64,000 nt of DNA, from positions 1,249,252-1,313,251 of the forward strand of contig OZ242016.1 in the NCBI GenBank assembly GCA_965204825.1. Reading direction: 5' to 3'. This DNA comes from Alphaproteobacteria bacterium. Its GTDB lineage: Bacteria; Pseudomonadota; Alphaproteobacteria; Futianiales; Futianiaceae. A program made the translations under genes and the position numbers. The notes below the pieces were generated by a model. The model did not search any database. It was given only the letters and a program-made list of their open reading frames with translations, and had not been told where the DNA came from. Positions within the stretch are counted from its first letter, which is position 1. Every line of letters begins with the position of its first letter. Of the stretch, positions 1 through 10,220 are shown one piece after another.

Positions 1-1065
1 TTCATGGGGATGACTATCCCTGAACCCTATGGCGGCCAGGGCGCCAGCTATCACGACGCGGTGGTGGTGATCGAGGAAATGGCCAAGGTCTGCGCCACCA
101 TGGGCCGGATCACGGTCGAGGCGAATATGGGCGCCGTCGGCGCGGTCATGGCCTATGGCAGCGAGAAGCAGAAGAAACTGGCCGCCGAAATGGTCCTGGC
201 CGGCGACAAGCCCGCCATCTGCATTACCGAGCCGAACGCCGGCAGCGCGGCAACGGAGATGGCCACCACCGCGGTCCGCCGGGGCGACAGATACATCGTT
301 AACGGCGAGAAATACTGGATCACCGGGGCCGGCGTTTCGAAATTCCATCTCATCTTTGCCCGCCTGATGGAAGACGGCACCTCTCAAGGCATTGCCGGCT
401 TTATCGCCATTCGCGACGAGACACCGGGCCTGGTCATCGGCGAACGCGAACCGGCCATGGGCGTGCGCGGCATTCCGGAATGCTATGTCCGGTTCGAGGA
501 GATGGAAATTCCAGAAGACAGGATCGTGATCCCGCCCGATGGCATCCGGCGCGGGTTCGCCGGGCTGATGAATGCTTATAATGCCCAGCGGGTCGGCGCC
601 GGCACGGTGGCACTGGGCATCGCGCAAGGGGCCTATGAAGACGCGCTGGCCTACGCCGGCGCGCGCGAACAGTTCGGCCGGCCGATCGCCGAGTTCCAGG
701 GCCTGCAATGGATGCTGGCGGACATGTCCATCGGCCTCGCCGCCTCGCGCGCGCTGTTGCACAATGCCGCGATGAGCGCCGGCGACGGCTTCCCGGATAT
801 GGCGATGGCGGCCCAGGCCAAGATCCTCGCCTCGGAAACCGCGATGAAGGTAACCAATGAGGCGCTGCAGATCCACGGATCGATGGGCTATTCGCGCAAC
901 CTGTCGCCCGAACGCCGGGTCCGCGACGCGCGTATGTTCACCATCGCCGGCGGCACTGCCCAGATATTGCGCACCCAGGTCGCGGGCGCAATCCTTGGCA
1001 TCAAGACCCCGCAGACGCGCGACGGATACGCCCGGCTCAACACCAATTTGAAGGCGGTTGAATAG
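1..1065 (+). CDS. acyl-CoA dehydrogenase family protein, C-terminal ~353 aa; the 5' end lies upstream of the window
   Basis: The ORF is open to the window edge. The translation has the acyl-CoA dehydrogenase middle and C-terminal domain signature (YGGxG... GxGITEPNAGS... IxGxKxWITGAG...; C-terminal QIHGSMGY... TIAGGTAQI). Confidence 0.85.
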   Translation, partial: FMGMTIPEPYGGQGASYHDAVVVIEEMAKVCATMGRITVEANMGAVGAVMAYGSEKQKKLAAEMVLAGDKPAICITEPNAGSAATEMATTAVRRGDRYIVNGEKYWITGAGVSKFHLIFARLMEDGTSQGIAGFIAIRDETPGLVIGEREPAMGVRGIPECYVRFEEMEIPEDRIVIPPDGIRRGFAGLMNAYNAQRVGAGTVALGIAQGAYEDALAYAGAREQFGRPIAEFQGLQWMLADMSIGLAASRALLHNAAMSAGDGFPDMAMAAQAKILASETAMKVTNEALQIHGSMGYSRNLSPERRVRDARMFTIAGGTAQILRTQVAGAILGIKTPQTRDGYARLNTNLKAVE

Positions 1066-1215
1066 GTCTGCGCGGCGCCAACCTTGAGCCACGTCAAATC
1101 CCGCATCCGGCCATCCCGCCATGATCTTCCCGTCGCGCCCGTGAATTTGTGGCGTACCGCGAAGGATATGGCCGATGTCGAACCACAGCCTGCCGCCCCG
1201 GGATCAGTTCGATAA

Positions 1216-1814
1216 AACGGATCGCCCGGCATTCCCAACTGGCTGTGGCTGGTGCTGGTTGCCATCCTGATCGGTAATCTGCTGGTTCCCAGTCTGACGA
1301 CGAACCAGGCCGGCATGACCGAGGTGTCCTATACCAGGTTCCTGGAAGCGGTGCGTGGCGGCGATGTTGAGAAGGTCACCCTGCGCGATCTTGAAATCAC
1401 CGCCATCCTGCGCAAGGCCGTCTCGGTCACCGACGGCACGCCGGAACGGCTGCGTACCCGGGCGCCCGAGATGGGCGATCCTCGATTGCTGGCGCTGCTG
1501 GCAGAACACAATATCGAAATCATCAACGAACCGACGCCCACGCCGGGCATTCTGGTGACCATGCTGCCGTGGATCATCATGCTGGGGTTGTATTTCTGGA
1601 TCTGGAACCGGATGTCACCGATGGGCGGCAGCGAACCGTTCGGCAGCGGCATCAAGGATTTCCTGGCCGGGTCAGCTTCAAAGGAACAGAAGTCCGGCGA
1701 ACGGGTGACGTTCGACGACGTCGCCGGCCAGGAAAACGGCAAACGCGAGGTCGCCGAACTGCGCGAGGTCGCCGAGCTGGTCGAGTTCCTGAAAGACCCC
1801 GAACCATTTCATAA
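1216..1814 (+). pseudogene. ftsH: ftsH-like AAA protease N-terminal remnant (TM region and linker up to just before Walker A), lacking a start codon and interrupted by an IS
   Basis: The translation NWLWLVLVAILIGNLL...SYTRFLEAVRGGDVEKV...[31 protein letters not shown] matches the FtsH N-terminus through the region preceding the P-loop. An in-frame TAA at 1213 sits where the start codon should be. The reading frame runs straight into the IS left inverted repeat at 1815. Confidence 0.6.
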
Positions 1815-2839
1815 GGCTCAGTTTACAAGCCGTGTGCGTTCATGTTATGTTTTTTGTGAAATCAGAAGGATGGATTGACATGGATCACAAGCAGTTTCAG
1901 GAATGGTTATCGGGGATAGACCACCTCAGCCCGGCGCAACGGCAGCAAACCGAAGCCGTGTTCCTGGGGGACACGGAGACGTCAGCGTCGCTGGCTGCCA
2001 TTGAAGCGGCCGTGGGTGGAGATCGCCAGTGCCCGCATTGTGGCACGCCAGGCGCCATATCGCGTGGCAAGGCAAGGGGTCTGCGACGGTACCAGTGCAA
2101 AGAATGCAGGAAGACATTCAATGCCGCGACCGGCACCCCCTTGTCGGGTCTGCACCGCAAGGACAAGTGGCTTTCCTTCGGAGCCTGTCTTGCTGATGGG
2201 CTGACGGTTCGCGCTTCAGCAGAACGTTGCGGACTTGCCGTCAACACCGCCTTCCGTTGGCGGCACCGATTTCTTGCCGCAAAAGACCTGAAGGCACGCA
2301 AGCTCACGGGCATTGTGGAAGCCGATGAAACCTATGTGCTGGAAAGCCGGAAAGGTGCACGAAACCTTGAGCGCAAGGCGCGACGCAGGGGAGGCAAGGC
2401 CAGCAAGCGGGGCCTGTCAGATGAACAGGTTCCGGTACTGGTTGTCGCTGATCGCAGCGGCGCGACAGTCAGTGCGGTTCTGCCCGCGGTCAACGCAGAT
2501 ACCTTGCGAGAGGTGATCGCACCGGTTGTGGACGAGGATATCGTTTTGGTGACCGATGGACACCGCGCTTATCCGCGATGCGCGGCGGCAATCGGTGCGC
2601 ATCACGAAGCATTGAACCTGTCACGAAGTGAACGGGTGCGAGGTGCCTTTCACATTCAGACGGTCAACAACCGACACAGCCGGTTGAAGGATTTCTTGCG
2701 GCGCTACCGAGGCGTCGCGACCAGATATCTCGACAACTACCTGCGATGGTTCCAGCGGCTTGAACTGGAGAACGCCTCACCCCGGGCCTGCCTCGCAACC
2801 GCCATCGCACGTCCATGCATACAATTCGTGAACTGAGCC
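1815..2839 (+). mobile_element. IS1595-family insertion sequence (~1025 bp) with imperfect terminal inverted repeats and an 8-bp target-site duplication
   Basis: Terminal IRs are GGCTCAGTTTACAAG (1815-) and the reverse complement of ...TTCGTGAACTGAGCC (-2839). The exact 8-bp direct repeat TTTCATAA flanks the element at 1807-1814 and 2840-2847. A single transposase ORF fills the element. Confidence 0.85.
1880..2836 (+). CDS. IS1595-family DDE transposase
   Basis: An N-terminal zinc-ribbon (CPHCG...YQCKECRKTF) is followed by a DDE core with IVEADETY and TDGHRAY motifs typical of IS1595/ISXO2-like transposases. An RBS-like AAGGA lies 9 nt upstream of the ATG at 1880. The stop codon TGA lies inside the right IR. 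Confidence 0.8.
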   Translation: MDHKQFQEWLSGIDHLSPAQRQQTEAVFLGDTETSASLAAIEAAVGGDRQCPHCGTPGAISRGKARGLRRYQCKECRKTFNAATGTPLSGLHRKDKWLSFGACLADGLTVRASAERCGLAVNTAFRWRHRFLAAKDLKARKLTGIVEADETYVLESRKGARNLERKARRRGGKASKRGLSDEQVPVLVVADRSGATVSAVLPAVNADTLREVIAPVVDEDIVLVTDGHRAYPRCAAAIGAHHEALNLSRSERVRGAFHIQTVNNRHSRLKDFLRRYRGVATRYLDNYLRWFQRLELENASPRACLATAIARPCIQFVN

Positions 2840-2910
2840 TTTCATAAAATAGGTGCCCAGGCGCCGCGCGGCGTGCTGCTGATGAGACCGCCGGGCACCG
2901 GCAAGACGTG
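2840..2910 (+). pseudogene. ftsH: ftsH-like remnant continuing after the IS: Walker A (GVLLMRPPGTGKT), then an immediate stop
   Basis: Reading through the duplicated TTTCATAA gives FHKIGAQAPRGVLLMRPPGTGKT*, the FtsH P-loop. The rest of the AAA and protease domains is absent, so the 3' part has been deleted. Confidence 0.5.
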
Positions 2911-2971
2911 ACGAAATTTGTCATGTCGTTCCGGGTTCACCTGGCGGCGCCCCGGAATGACGGAGTGAAAA

Positions 2972-4555
2972 TCAGTCCTTGCCCCGGGCGATCTCCAAAG
3001 CCTGGCGCGCCGAGGCTGTAACCTTTTTCGGTGCCAGCCCGGCATTGATCCGGCGCCAACCGATCTTGCCCGGATCGTAGGCAAGCTGGGTTTCGACCAC
3101 GCCGGCATCTGCATCCGAGGCATCGCCGCGCCGGTGGGTGACCCGGTCGACCAGCGTCGCCCTGCCGGCTTCAAGCCACAGACCGTCGAACGTCACACCG
3201 GCCGCGTCGGCGATATCCTCAATCGCCCGGCGCTCGTCCGGGCGGGCATGTACCGCATCGACAACCACGCTGGTCCCGGCTTGCAGGGCCGCCAGTGCCT
3301 TGTCGCGCAGCCGGGCATAGATCCGGTCCGATGCCTCGGGTGTGTAGGCCTCGTCCGGCAAACGGTCGGTCAGGGCGGTGCCCGACAGCACCTTGCGCTC
3401 CACATCGCTGCGCAGATGGAGCGCGCCCGGCGGACCGCCCAGATCAGGGGCGACCCGGCGGCCCAGCGTGGATTTCCCGGTGCCGGACAGGCCGCCGATC
3501 GCCACAAGGCGCGGCGGGGCCGGATCCAGCAGACGTGCCGCGAGTTCGAAATATTGATGGGCCTCGCGCGAGGCCCGGCGCCGAGGCGTTTCGTCCGCCG
3601 CAACGGCAAAGAGATCGCCGGCCACCTTGGCGCGGATCGCGGCGCGCACGGACAGAAACAGGGGCAACAGCGCCAGCCCGGCGACGTCCCCGGGCGTTTC
3701 GCGCGCCATGTAATGGTTCAGGACGCTGTTGGCGTGGCTCGGCAGATCGCGGTGAACCAGGTCCATCAGCAGAAACGCCAGATCGTAGAGAATGTCGATG
3801 ATCGCAAGGTTTTCATCGAATTCAAGCGCGTCGAACAGAGTTGGCTTGCCGTCCAGCACGACGATATTGTGCAGGTGAAGATCGCCATGGCAGCGCCGGA
3901 CCTTTCCGCCATGCTGGCGTGCTGATAGCGGCGGACCGAGGTGGTCCAGCACGGATCGGCTGCGGTTGATCAGACCTTGAACGGCGAGAGGTCGAAAAAG
4001 CTCGGGGCGAACGTCGAAGGAATCCTGGTTTCCGGCGATCAGTCCAGCCATGGCCGCAACAGCATCCGTCCCGCGATGTCGAGGCGCCTTGTCGTGAAAC
4101 GCGTGCGCCGCCTCCGCCAACTGCGGCATCAGATCGAGTGGCAATTCATCTCTTTCGGCCATCTTATCCAACAGATGTTCCTGGCCGAAACGGCGCATGT
4201 GAACGGCCCAGTCGACGACGGACCCGGGTCCATTGATCCCCAGCCCGCCGCCGTGTTCGGAAGTGATCCGGTCGAGGCCCAGATAAATTTGCGGCGCCGT
4301 TTGCCGGTTCAGTTCCAATTCGCGGGCACAGGCCCTGCGCCGTTTCTCCAAGGTCGAAAAATCCATATAGGAATAGGCGACAGGGCGTTTGATCTTCCAC
4401 ACATCGTTTCCGGCGAGAAAAACCCAGGCTCCGTGAGTTTCGATCAGTTCCTGCCGCACCGAACCTGCCCGCCGACGCAGACAGGCCGAAAAAACGGCCG
4501 GATCGAACCGGTTCGCCAGGGTTTCGACCACGGCGAAAACCGCCACCGGGATCAA
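2972..4555 (-). CDS. bifunctional aminoglycoside-phosphotransferase-like / P-loop kinase (AAA-domain) protein
   Basis: The N-terminal half has APH/protein-kinase-like motifs (HGDLHLHNIVVLDGKPTLFDALEFDE). The C-terminal half carries Walker A GGLSGTGKST and resembles gluconate/adenylate-kinase-like P-loop kinases. This domain pair is common in alphaproteobacteria. Confidence 0.75.
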   Translation of the reverse strand: MIPVAVFAVVETLANRFDPAVFSACLRRRAGSVRQELIETHGAWVFLAGNDVWKIKRPVAYSYMDFSTLEKRRRACARELELNRQTAPQIYLGLDRITSEHGGGLGINGPGSVVDWAVHMRRFGQEHLLDKMAERDELPLDLMPQLAEAAHAFHDKAPRHRGTDAVAAMAGLIAGNQDSFDVRPELFRPLAVQGLINRSRSVLDHLGPPLSARQHGGKVRRCHGDLHLHNIVVLDGKPTLFDALEFDENLAIIDILYDLAFLLMDLVHRDLPSHANSVLNHYMARETPGDVAGLALLPLFLSVRAAIRAKVAGDLFAVAADETPRRRASREAHQYFELAARLLDPAPPRLVAIGGLSGTGKSTLGRRVAPDLGGPPGALHLRSDVERKVLSGTALTDRLPDEAYTPEASDRIYARLRDKALAALQAGTSVVVDAVHARPDERRAIEDIADAAGVTFDGLWLEAGRATLVDRVTHRRGDASDADAGVVETQLAYDPGKIGWRRINAGLAPKKVTASARQALEIARGKD

Positions 4556-4987
4556 ACCGCTTCCGGCCAGAGATCGCGGATCTTGCCGGGCGGGCAGGAT
4601 TTGACATCCTTGATTTCACCGGCCGAAACGTGATGTTCCGGTAACTGGAACACCTTGCCCACCAGATCATCGATATCGTCCCGCATGCTGATCGGAAACT
4701 GCTCGACCACATGGAACGGGAATTCCTCGCGGATATATTCGGCGACCGGCTCATGGGCCGGATGCCAGCCGTCGTAATAGACACCGCGGATCAGTGTCGG
4801 CAATTGTGCACCCGGATGCGCGGCCTCGTCGACCGGCAGCCGGTCGCGCAGTGCGTGCAGAACCGTGCGCAGCAATCGGAAAGATATCTGGGCGTCTTCC
4901 CACGGCATCGTGTCGATCAATTCATTGACCCGGGCATGGGCGTCCCGGGACGCGTGGTCAATCAGCTTCACGTGTGATGTACCGGTC
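4552..4987 (-). CDS. DUF2267-like hypothetical protein
   Basis: A 145-aa ORF (MTGTSHVKLIDH...) overlaps the stop of the upstream gene by 4 nt. Its pattern resembles the DUF2267 family. I could not assign a function. Confidence 0.5.
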
Positions 4988-5108
4988 ATGGCAAACTTCC
5001 ATTTCCAGGGATTTTTCGCAGAATTGCCGCGTTTCGGTCCGGCGGGATTGATCCCGCTCAAGGCGATCCGGCCGCCGGGCAGGTTCCATTATGCCTTGCG
5101 AGGACGAC

Positions 5109-5647
5109 ATGAAGAAAATACTGGTTGCCACCGACGGATCGGATCATGCCGGCAAGGCTGTCGAGCTGGCCGCCGATATTGCCTCGAAGTACGACGCCGA
5201 TCTGATCATTCTGCATGTCAGCGGACACAAGCCCCTGAGCAAGGGCGAAAGACACCTGGTCGAGGTCGAACTGGCCGACGAGGTTCTGAAATACTGAAAT
5301 ACATTGCCGAGGAACCACGCGAGATTTTCGAGGGGTTCGCCCGGTCCGGCATCAGCGATTTCTTCATGGGCCACGAAAAGCGCGACATGGCGATCCGCAC
5401 CGCCATCGGCCACGCCATTCTGGAGCGCGCCGAAGCAGATGCCCGCCGCCACGGCGTCAGGGAAATTCGAACCGTTCTGGAAAACGGCGAACCGACCGCC
5501 AGGATCATTCAGACCGCAACCGACGAGGGTGTCAACCTGATCGTCCTCGGCAGTCGCGGCATCGGCAACCTGGTCGGCATTTTCGGTGGCAGCCTCTCGA
5601 ACAGGGTGAACCATCTGTCGGACATCACCGTGGTGACGGTGAATTAG
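5109..5647 (+). pseudogene. universal stress protein (UspA family) gene disrupted by a +8 frameshift
   Basis: The N-terminal part MKKILVATDGSDHAGKAVELAADIASKYDADLIILHV is in one frame. The C-terminal part ...GVNLIVLGSRGIGNLVGIFGGSLSNRVNHLSDITVVTV (the UspA ATP-binding motif) is in the +2 frame. The switch falls at the tandem duplication at 5286-5302. Confidence 0.7.
5287..5302 (+). repeat. perfect 8-bp tandem duplication (TGAAATAC x2) causing the usp frameshift
   Basis: The sequence ...ctgaaatacTGAAATACattg... is seen directly. Removing one copy restores a single UspA reading frame. Confidence 0.7.
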
Positions 5648-5649
5648 CA

Positions 5650-6864
5650 CTACAGCCCCGCCCGGTCCACAATCCGGGTGCCGTCGCTGATGCGGTCGCT
5701 GGGGTGCAGAATGACGCCGTCGCCGATCTCCAGGCCTTCCAGAATTTGTGCCGTGCGGGAATTGCGCCGGCCGATGGTGACGGGTGTCAGCATGGCCGTA
5801 CCATCAACGGCCCGGTAGACCGTCCATTCGCCCCCCGTTCGGAAAAGGGCGCCGAGAGGAACCAGTGGGATGTCATCCGCGGCCCAGGCGCGGATGCGGA
5901 CGAAAACGCGGTAATCATGACCAAGGCCAGACCAATCCCGGGGCGGGCTTTCGATCTCCAGCACGACATTGACACGCTGTTCGTCAATACCGAGGGCTGA
6001 AACCTTCATGAAGCCGGCCGGATCGACCCGGATCACCCGAGCCTTGAGCGGGACGTCGCCGCCCCAGCGTTCAATTGCAGCGATCATGTCCGGGGCCACC
6101 TTCACGGCGTCGCGGGACAACAGATCGGTGACGATCTCCAGATCGTGCGGATCGCCGATTTCGACCAGCGGCTGGCCCGGGGCAATGACCTGCTGGCTTT
6201 CGGTCAGGATGCGCAGCACGCTGCCGGATGTCGGCGCGGCGACATTGACACAACAGTTCGAGGGCTGCTCGCTTGGCAGTTCTTCCGGTCCGATCAGTGC
6301 CGCCTGGGCGCGATTGAACTCCTGTTCCCGGACACCGATATTGGCCTCGGCGGTTGCCAGATTGGCGCGGCGAATTTCCATTTCCATGCGGGCCCGGTCC
6401 AGAGCCTGTGCGGAGATCGTGTTGCGCCGCGCCAAAACCGCGGCACGGTCATGCTCGGCCCGCCAATAATCCAGCTCCGCCTGGACCCGGCCGCGTTCGG
6501 CCCGGGCCAGCGACAGGCCGGCCTGGGCGCCGCGGACACCGGCTTCGGCGGCCTGGCGTGCCCGGGCATCCAGGAACGGCGGGGCTTCCGGTTCGATGAT
6601 CGCCACGATGGTCTTGCCGCCCTCGACCACATCACCGACTTCCAGCGGCGAGCGCAGCATCCGGCCGGGCACCGGCGCGGACACGGCATAGATCTCGCGG
6701 ATTCGGGTGACGCCTTCCTCGTCGATTGTCACTTCCAGCGTGCCGGTGGAAATCCCGGCAATGTCGACCGGCACAGGTTGCGGCTGGAAGGCCCAGAAAA
6801 ACAACGCCGCGATAATCGCCAGAAAGACAACCGGCCAGATCATGTTTCCCAATTTGTCGAACAT
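5650..6864 (-). CDS. HlyD-family periplasmic adaptor (membrane fusion protein) of the ABC exporter
   Basis: It has an N-terminal TM anchor, a long coiled-coil (RANLATAEANIGVREQEFNRAQA) and a beta-barrel/lipoyl-like C-terminus. It is the last gene of the operon with the ABC ATPase and permease. Confidence 0.8.
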   Translation of the reverse strand: MFDKLGNMIWPVVFLAIIAALFFWAFQPQPVPVDIAGISTGTLEVTIDEEGVTRIREIYAVSAPVPGRMLRSPLEVGDVVEGGKTIVAIIEPEAPPFLDARARQAAEAGVRGAQAGLSLARAERGRVQAELDYWRAEHDRAAVLARRNTISAQALDRARMEMEIRRANLATAEANIGVREQEFNRAQAALIGPEELPSEQPSNCCVNVAAPTSGSVLRILTESQQVIAPGQPLVEIGDPHDLEIVTDLLSRDAVKVAPDMIAAIERWGGDVPLKARVIRVDPAGFMKVSALGIDEQRVNVVLEIESPPRDWSGLGHDYRVFVRIRAWAADDIPLVPLGALFRTGGEWTVYRAVDGTAMLTPVTIGRRNSRTAQILEGLEIGDGVILHPSDRISDGTRIVDRAGL

Positions 6865-6868
6865 GGTT

Positions 6869-9298
6869 CTAATCCCGTGTTTTTAGGACCTGAATGAGGT
6901 CGAGCTGATCAATCCGGCGGCGCACGATCAGCGCCGACAGAACGGCGGCTCCAAGGACGACCAGCGTGGCAAAGGCATAGGTTTGCCGCTCGATGATCAG
7001 CGGCACCCGATAAAGCTCGCTTTGCAGGCCCGCCGTAACGGACCAGGCAAACATGTAGCCGAACAACCACCCGAACGGCATCGCCATCACGGTCAATAGC
7101 GTCAGTTCACCCAGCAGGACGATTGAAACCTCGCCCCGGGTAAAGCCCAGCACCCTCAGGCTGGCCAGCTCGCGCGCCCGTTCCGACAGGCTGATCCGGG
7201 CGCTGTTGTAAACCACGCCAAAAGCAATCACCAAGGCGAGCGAGGAATAGACCGTAACCATGATCTTCATGTTCTGCGCCATGTGCCGACGAAAGGATTC
7301 CAGCGAGCGTTCCAGAAGGGCAATGGCACTCACCGCGGGCATGTCCTTGACTTGCCGATACAGCTCCGTGCGTTCTTCCGGGTCGGTAGCCAGATGCACG
7401 CCCGAGATGACGTCACCCTCGCGCAGCATCGCGTTCAACGCGTCCAGCCGCATATAGACCCCAAGCCCGATATATTGCTGCAAGATGGCGGTGATCGGCA
7501 CATCGAACATCTCGCGGTTTCCTTCCAGCAGCTCGATCCGCAGCCGGTCGCCGGGGCCGACCTCCAGCAATTGGGCCAGCTTCTCGGTCAGGGCGATGCC
7601 GGTATCCGGCAGGATGACCGGATCGAGATTGAGATTGATGACACGGCTGAGATCGGCATGTTGTGATACCGGGGTCAGCCAGAACGGATCCATGACCGGC
7701 GTCCGGGTGGCGTCGTCACCCGACGGTTTGCCGGTCAATACCGATCGCTCCACAAGGTGGCCATTGACCAGGCGGACCGGCATCGTCCGGTAAGGCTCCG
7801 CCATCAGCACACCCGGTAACCGGGCGGCCGCCTGTAGGGCGCGACCACCGGCTTCGGGCGCAAAGACCAGGGTGGCATCCTGTCGGTCAGCGCGGAAATA
7901 CGTGGCGTCGATCATATGTTCGATCGAATCCAGCGCGAACAACGACCCCACAAGAACCGCAATCGACAGCGCGGTTCCCAATGTCGTCATCATGGTGCGC
8001 ACCGGCCAGCGCACCATATGCCTTGTGATCATCGCCGCCATCGGTGGCACTCGCTCGGCCAGCAGGGTCAGCCCGGCGAAATAACGGCGGTACTGCATCG
8101 GTGCGGGCGGCGACATGGCCACGGCGGGCGCCAGGGCAATGACACCGGAAACGCTTTTTAACCCGCCACCCAGCGCCGCGGTCACGCTCGCCAGACCGGA
8201 GATCAGAAACACATCGGCGGTGTCGAGAAAGATCAGGAACGGGAAATTGAATAATCCGGAATAGAGCACCGTCAGCCCGCGCCCGAGCCAGATCCCGGCT
8301 GCCCAGCCGATCCCCGTGCCGATTGCCGCGATCAGGATGATCAGTTTGGCGTAATGCAGAGTCACTTCCAGTCGGCCATATCCCAGTGCCTTCAACAAAC
8401 CGATCTGCTCGCGCTCCAGTGCGATCATCCGGGACAGGGTGATGTTGACCAGAAAGGCGGCGACGCCGAGGAAGATCGGCGGCAGAACCCAGCTCATGCT
8501 GCGCAACTGCTCGAGTTCGGCATTGATGAAAGCGTGAGATTGCTGGTCCTCGCGGCCATAGGCCGCCTGGCCGCCATAGGGCGCCAGCAAATCGTCGATA
8601 CGCGCCATGACCTCCGGCTCGGATGCCCCTTTTAACAAACGCGCGTTGATCGAATTGAAAGCTCCCTCCAGATCATAAGCGGCCGCGGCGGCGCGATACG
8701 GCATCCAGATGATACCAAAGCGCTTGTCATCGGGCATCAGCGCGCCCGGGCCCAGGGCATAGATGAACTCCGGAGACAAGGCCGTGCCGACGATCCGCAA
8801 GGACCGCTTGCGGCCGTTGACGATGGCCTCGAACGTGTTCCCCGGGAGGAATCCATGTGCCCTGGCGAAACCTTCGGTGACCACCACCTCGTCATCGCGG
8901 AACGGATCGGGCAGACGACCGGTGCGCAGGTGCAGACCATTAAGACCGGGCTGACCGCTTTCCGGCAGGGAGACGATGAATCCGGTAGCCGGCTCGATCA
9001 TGCCCTCAATGTCCAACAGGGCCGCCTTGGCGATCCGGGTCTCGACCTGGGCAATGCCGTTGATCGCGGCCAGGCGTTCCTCGACCTCCGCCGGCACCCG
9101 TGTGGCCGTGGCAAAGACATCTGCAAAGCGGTACCGGTCGTAATAGGCCGCGCGCGTTTCATGGAGCGACCGCTGAGCGCCGACACCCAGCACCAGGGTC
9201 GCAACCCCGGCCGACAGGACCAGCGAGATCGCCAGCGCCTGGGTCCAGATCCGGCGCAGATCGCGCAGCAGTTTCCGGTCGAGCGGGCGAATCACCAT
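6869..9298 (-). CDS. ABC transporter permease with two FtsX-like domains (MacB/DevC-type, 809 aa)
   Basis: It has the duplicated FtsX 4-TM architecture with large periplasmic domains. It overlaps the upstream ATPase gene and the downstream HlyD gene. Confidence 0.85.
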   Translation of the reverse strand: MVIRPLDRKLLRDLRRIWTQALAISLVLSAGVATLVLGVGAQRSLHETRAAYYDRYRFADVFATATRVPAEVEERLAAINGIAQVETRIAKAALLDIEGMIEPATGFIVSLPESGQPGLNGLHLRTGRLPDPFRDDEVVVTEGFARAHGFLPGNTFEAIVNGRKRSLRIVGTALSPEFIYALGPGALMPDDKRFGIIWMPYRAAAAAYDLEGAFNSINARLLKGASEPEVMARIDDLLAPYGGQAAYGREDQQSHAFINAELEQLRSMSWVLPPIFLGVAAFLVNITLSRMIALEREQIGLLKALGYGRLEVTLHYAKLIILIAAIGTGIGWAAGIWLGRGLTVLYSGLFNFPFLIFLDTADVFLISGLASVTAALGGGLKSVSGVIALAPAVAMSPPAPMQYRRYFAGLTLLAERVPPMAAMITRHMVRWPVRTMMTTLGTALSIAVLVGSLFALDSIEHMIDATYFRADRQDATLVFAPEAGGRALQAAARLPGVLMAEPYRTMPVRLVNGHLVERSVLTGKPSGDDATRTPVMDPFWLTPVSQHADLSRVINLNLDPVILPDTGIALTEKLAQLLEVGPGDRLRIELLEGNREMFDVPITAILQQYIGLGVYMRLDALNAMLREGDVISGVHLATDPEERTELYRQVKDMPAVSAIALLERSLESFRRHMAQNMKIMVTVYSSLALVIAFGVVYNSARISLSERARELASLRVLGFTRGEVSIVLLGELTLLTVMAMPFGWLFGYMFAWSVTAGLQSELYRVPLIIERQTYAFATLVVLGAAVLSALIVRRRIDQLDLIQVLKTRD

Positions 9299-9999
9299 GA
9301 CACCTCCGACGGGGCGAGGCGGGTTTCGTTGATCTCTTCACGGGCAATCGTGCCGTCGGCGAAATACAGCACCCGGTGAGCGATCTGCCGGATCGTCACA
9401 TTGTGGGTGATGATGACGGTCGTGGTGCCCAGATCGCGATTGACGTCGGTCAGCGCCTGCAGCACCTGCACCCCCGTCTTGCTGTCCAGCGCGCCGGTCG
9501 GTTCGTCGCACAGCAGCACTTCGGGGCGCTTGGCGATGGCGCGGGCGATGGCCACACGCTGCTGTTCACCGCCCGACAACTGAGCCGGGAAGTGATCCAT
9601 GCGCTCCGCCAGGCCGACACGGGCAAGTGCCTCCTCCGGAGTCATCGGATCGATCGCAATCTGGGTCACCAGAGCTACGTTCTCACGTGCCGTCAGGCTG
9701 GGCACCAGATTATAGAACTGAAAGACAAAGCCCACATGATTGCGCCGGTAAAGCGTCAGGCCACTTTCACCCATGCCGGTCAACTGTTCATCCTTGAACC
9801 AGGCTTCACCATCTGTCGGCGTATCAAGCCCGCCCAGGATATTCAGCAAGGTCGATTTGCCGCTGCCGGAGGGGCCGAGCAGCACGACCACCTCGCCGGC
9901 ATTGAGCCGCAGATCGACACCGCGCAGGGCGTGCACGTCCACTTCACCGGTGTGGTAGACCTTGGTCAGGCCGCTGGACGTGAAGACAGGATTGCTCAT
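9292..9999 (-). CDS. ABC transporter ATP-binding protein (LolD/MacB-ATPase/DevA-like)
   Basis: It carries Walker [13 protein letters not shown], the signature [14 protein letters not shown] and Walker [12 protein letters not shown]. The start is taken at MSNPVFTSS. Confidence 0.85.
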   Translation of the reverse strand: MSNPVFTSSGLTKVYHTGEVDVHALRGVDLRLNAGEVVVLLGPSGSGKSTLLNILGGLDTPTDGEAWFKDEQLTGMGESGLTLYRRNHVGFVFQFYNLVPSLTARENVALVTQIAIDPMTPEEALARVGLAERMDHFPAQLSGGEQQRVAIARAIAKRPEVLLCDEPTGALDSKTGVQVLQALTDVNRDLGTTTVIITHNVTIRQIAHRVLYFADGTIAREEINETRLAPSEVSW

Positions 10000-10125
10000 G
10001 GCCGAAATCTGGCGGCTGCAAGGAAATGCGCCCTTGCGTGAGATCAACCGATAATACGTACGCATTTGCCGGCCCGCCCAGAGGCTGCGGCAATGTGCCC
10101 ATCCGAAAAAACCTTATCAGCAGAA

Positions 10126-10139
10126 CCCCTTATAAGGGG
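10126..10139. promoter_or_regulatory. perfect 14-bp palindrome CCCCTTATAAGGGG in the divergent region between the ABC exporter operon and the crp/fnr gene
   Basis: The palindrome is seen directly. It sits ~80 bp upstream of the likely Crp-family start. It is a candidate operator. Confidence 0.3.
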
Positions 10140-10220
10140 ATTTCACGACTATTTACCGGGGGTTGGTTCGTTAATTTGGTGATGCATCGCAGACAGGCGG
10201 GCAGTTCAACGGAGGCGAAA

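Noticed and set aside
2908-2930. near-palindrome GACGAAATTTGTC right after the truncated ftsH
   Set aside because: It is a single occurrence with one mismatch and no partner repeat. It is possibly a deletion-junction remnant but cannot be interpreted.
3134-4784. 263-aa, 230-aa and 206-aa ORFs overlapping the bifunctional phosphotransferase gene
   Set aside because: They are alternative-frame artefacts. Only the 527-aa minus-strand frame carries kinase and P-loop motifs.
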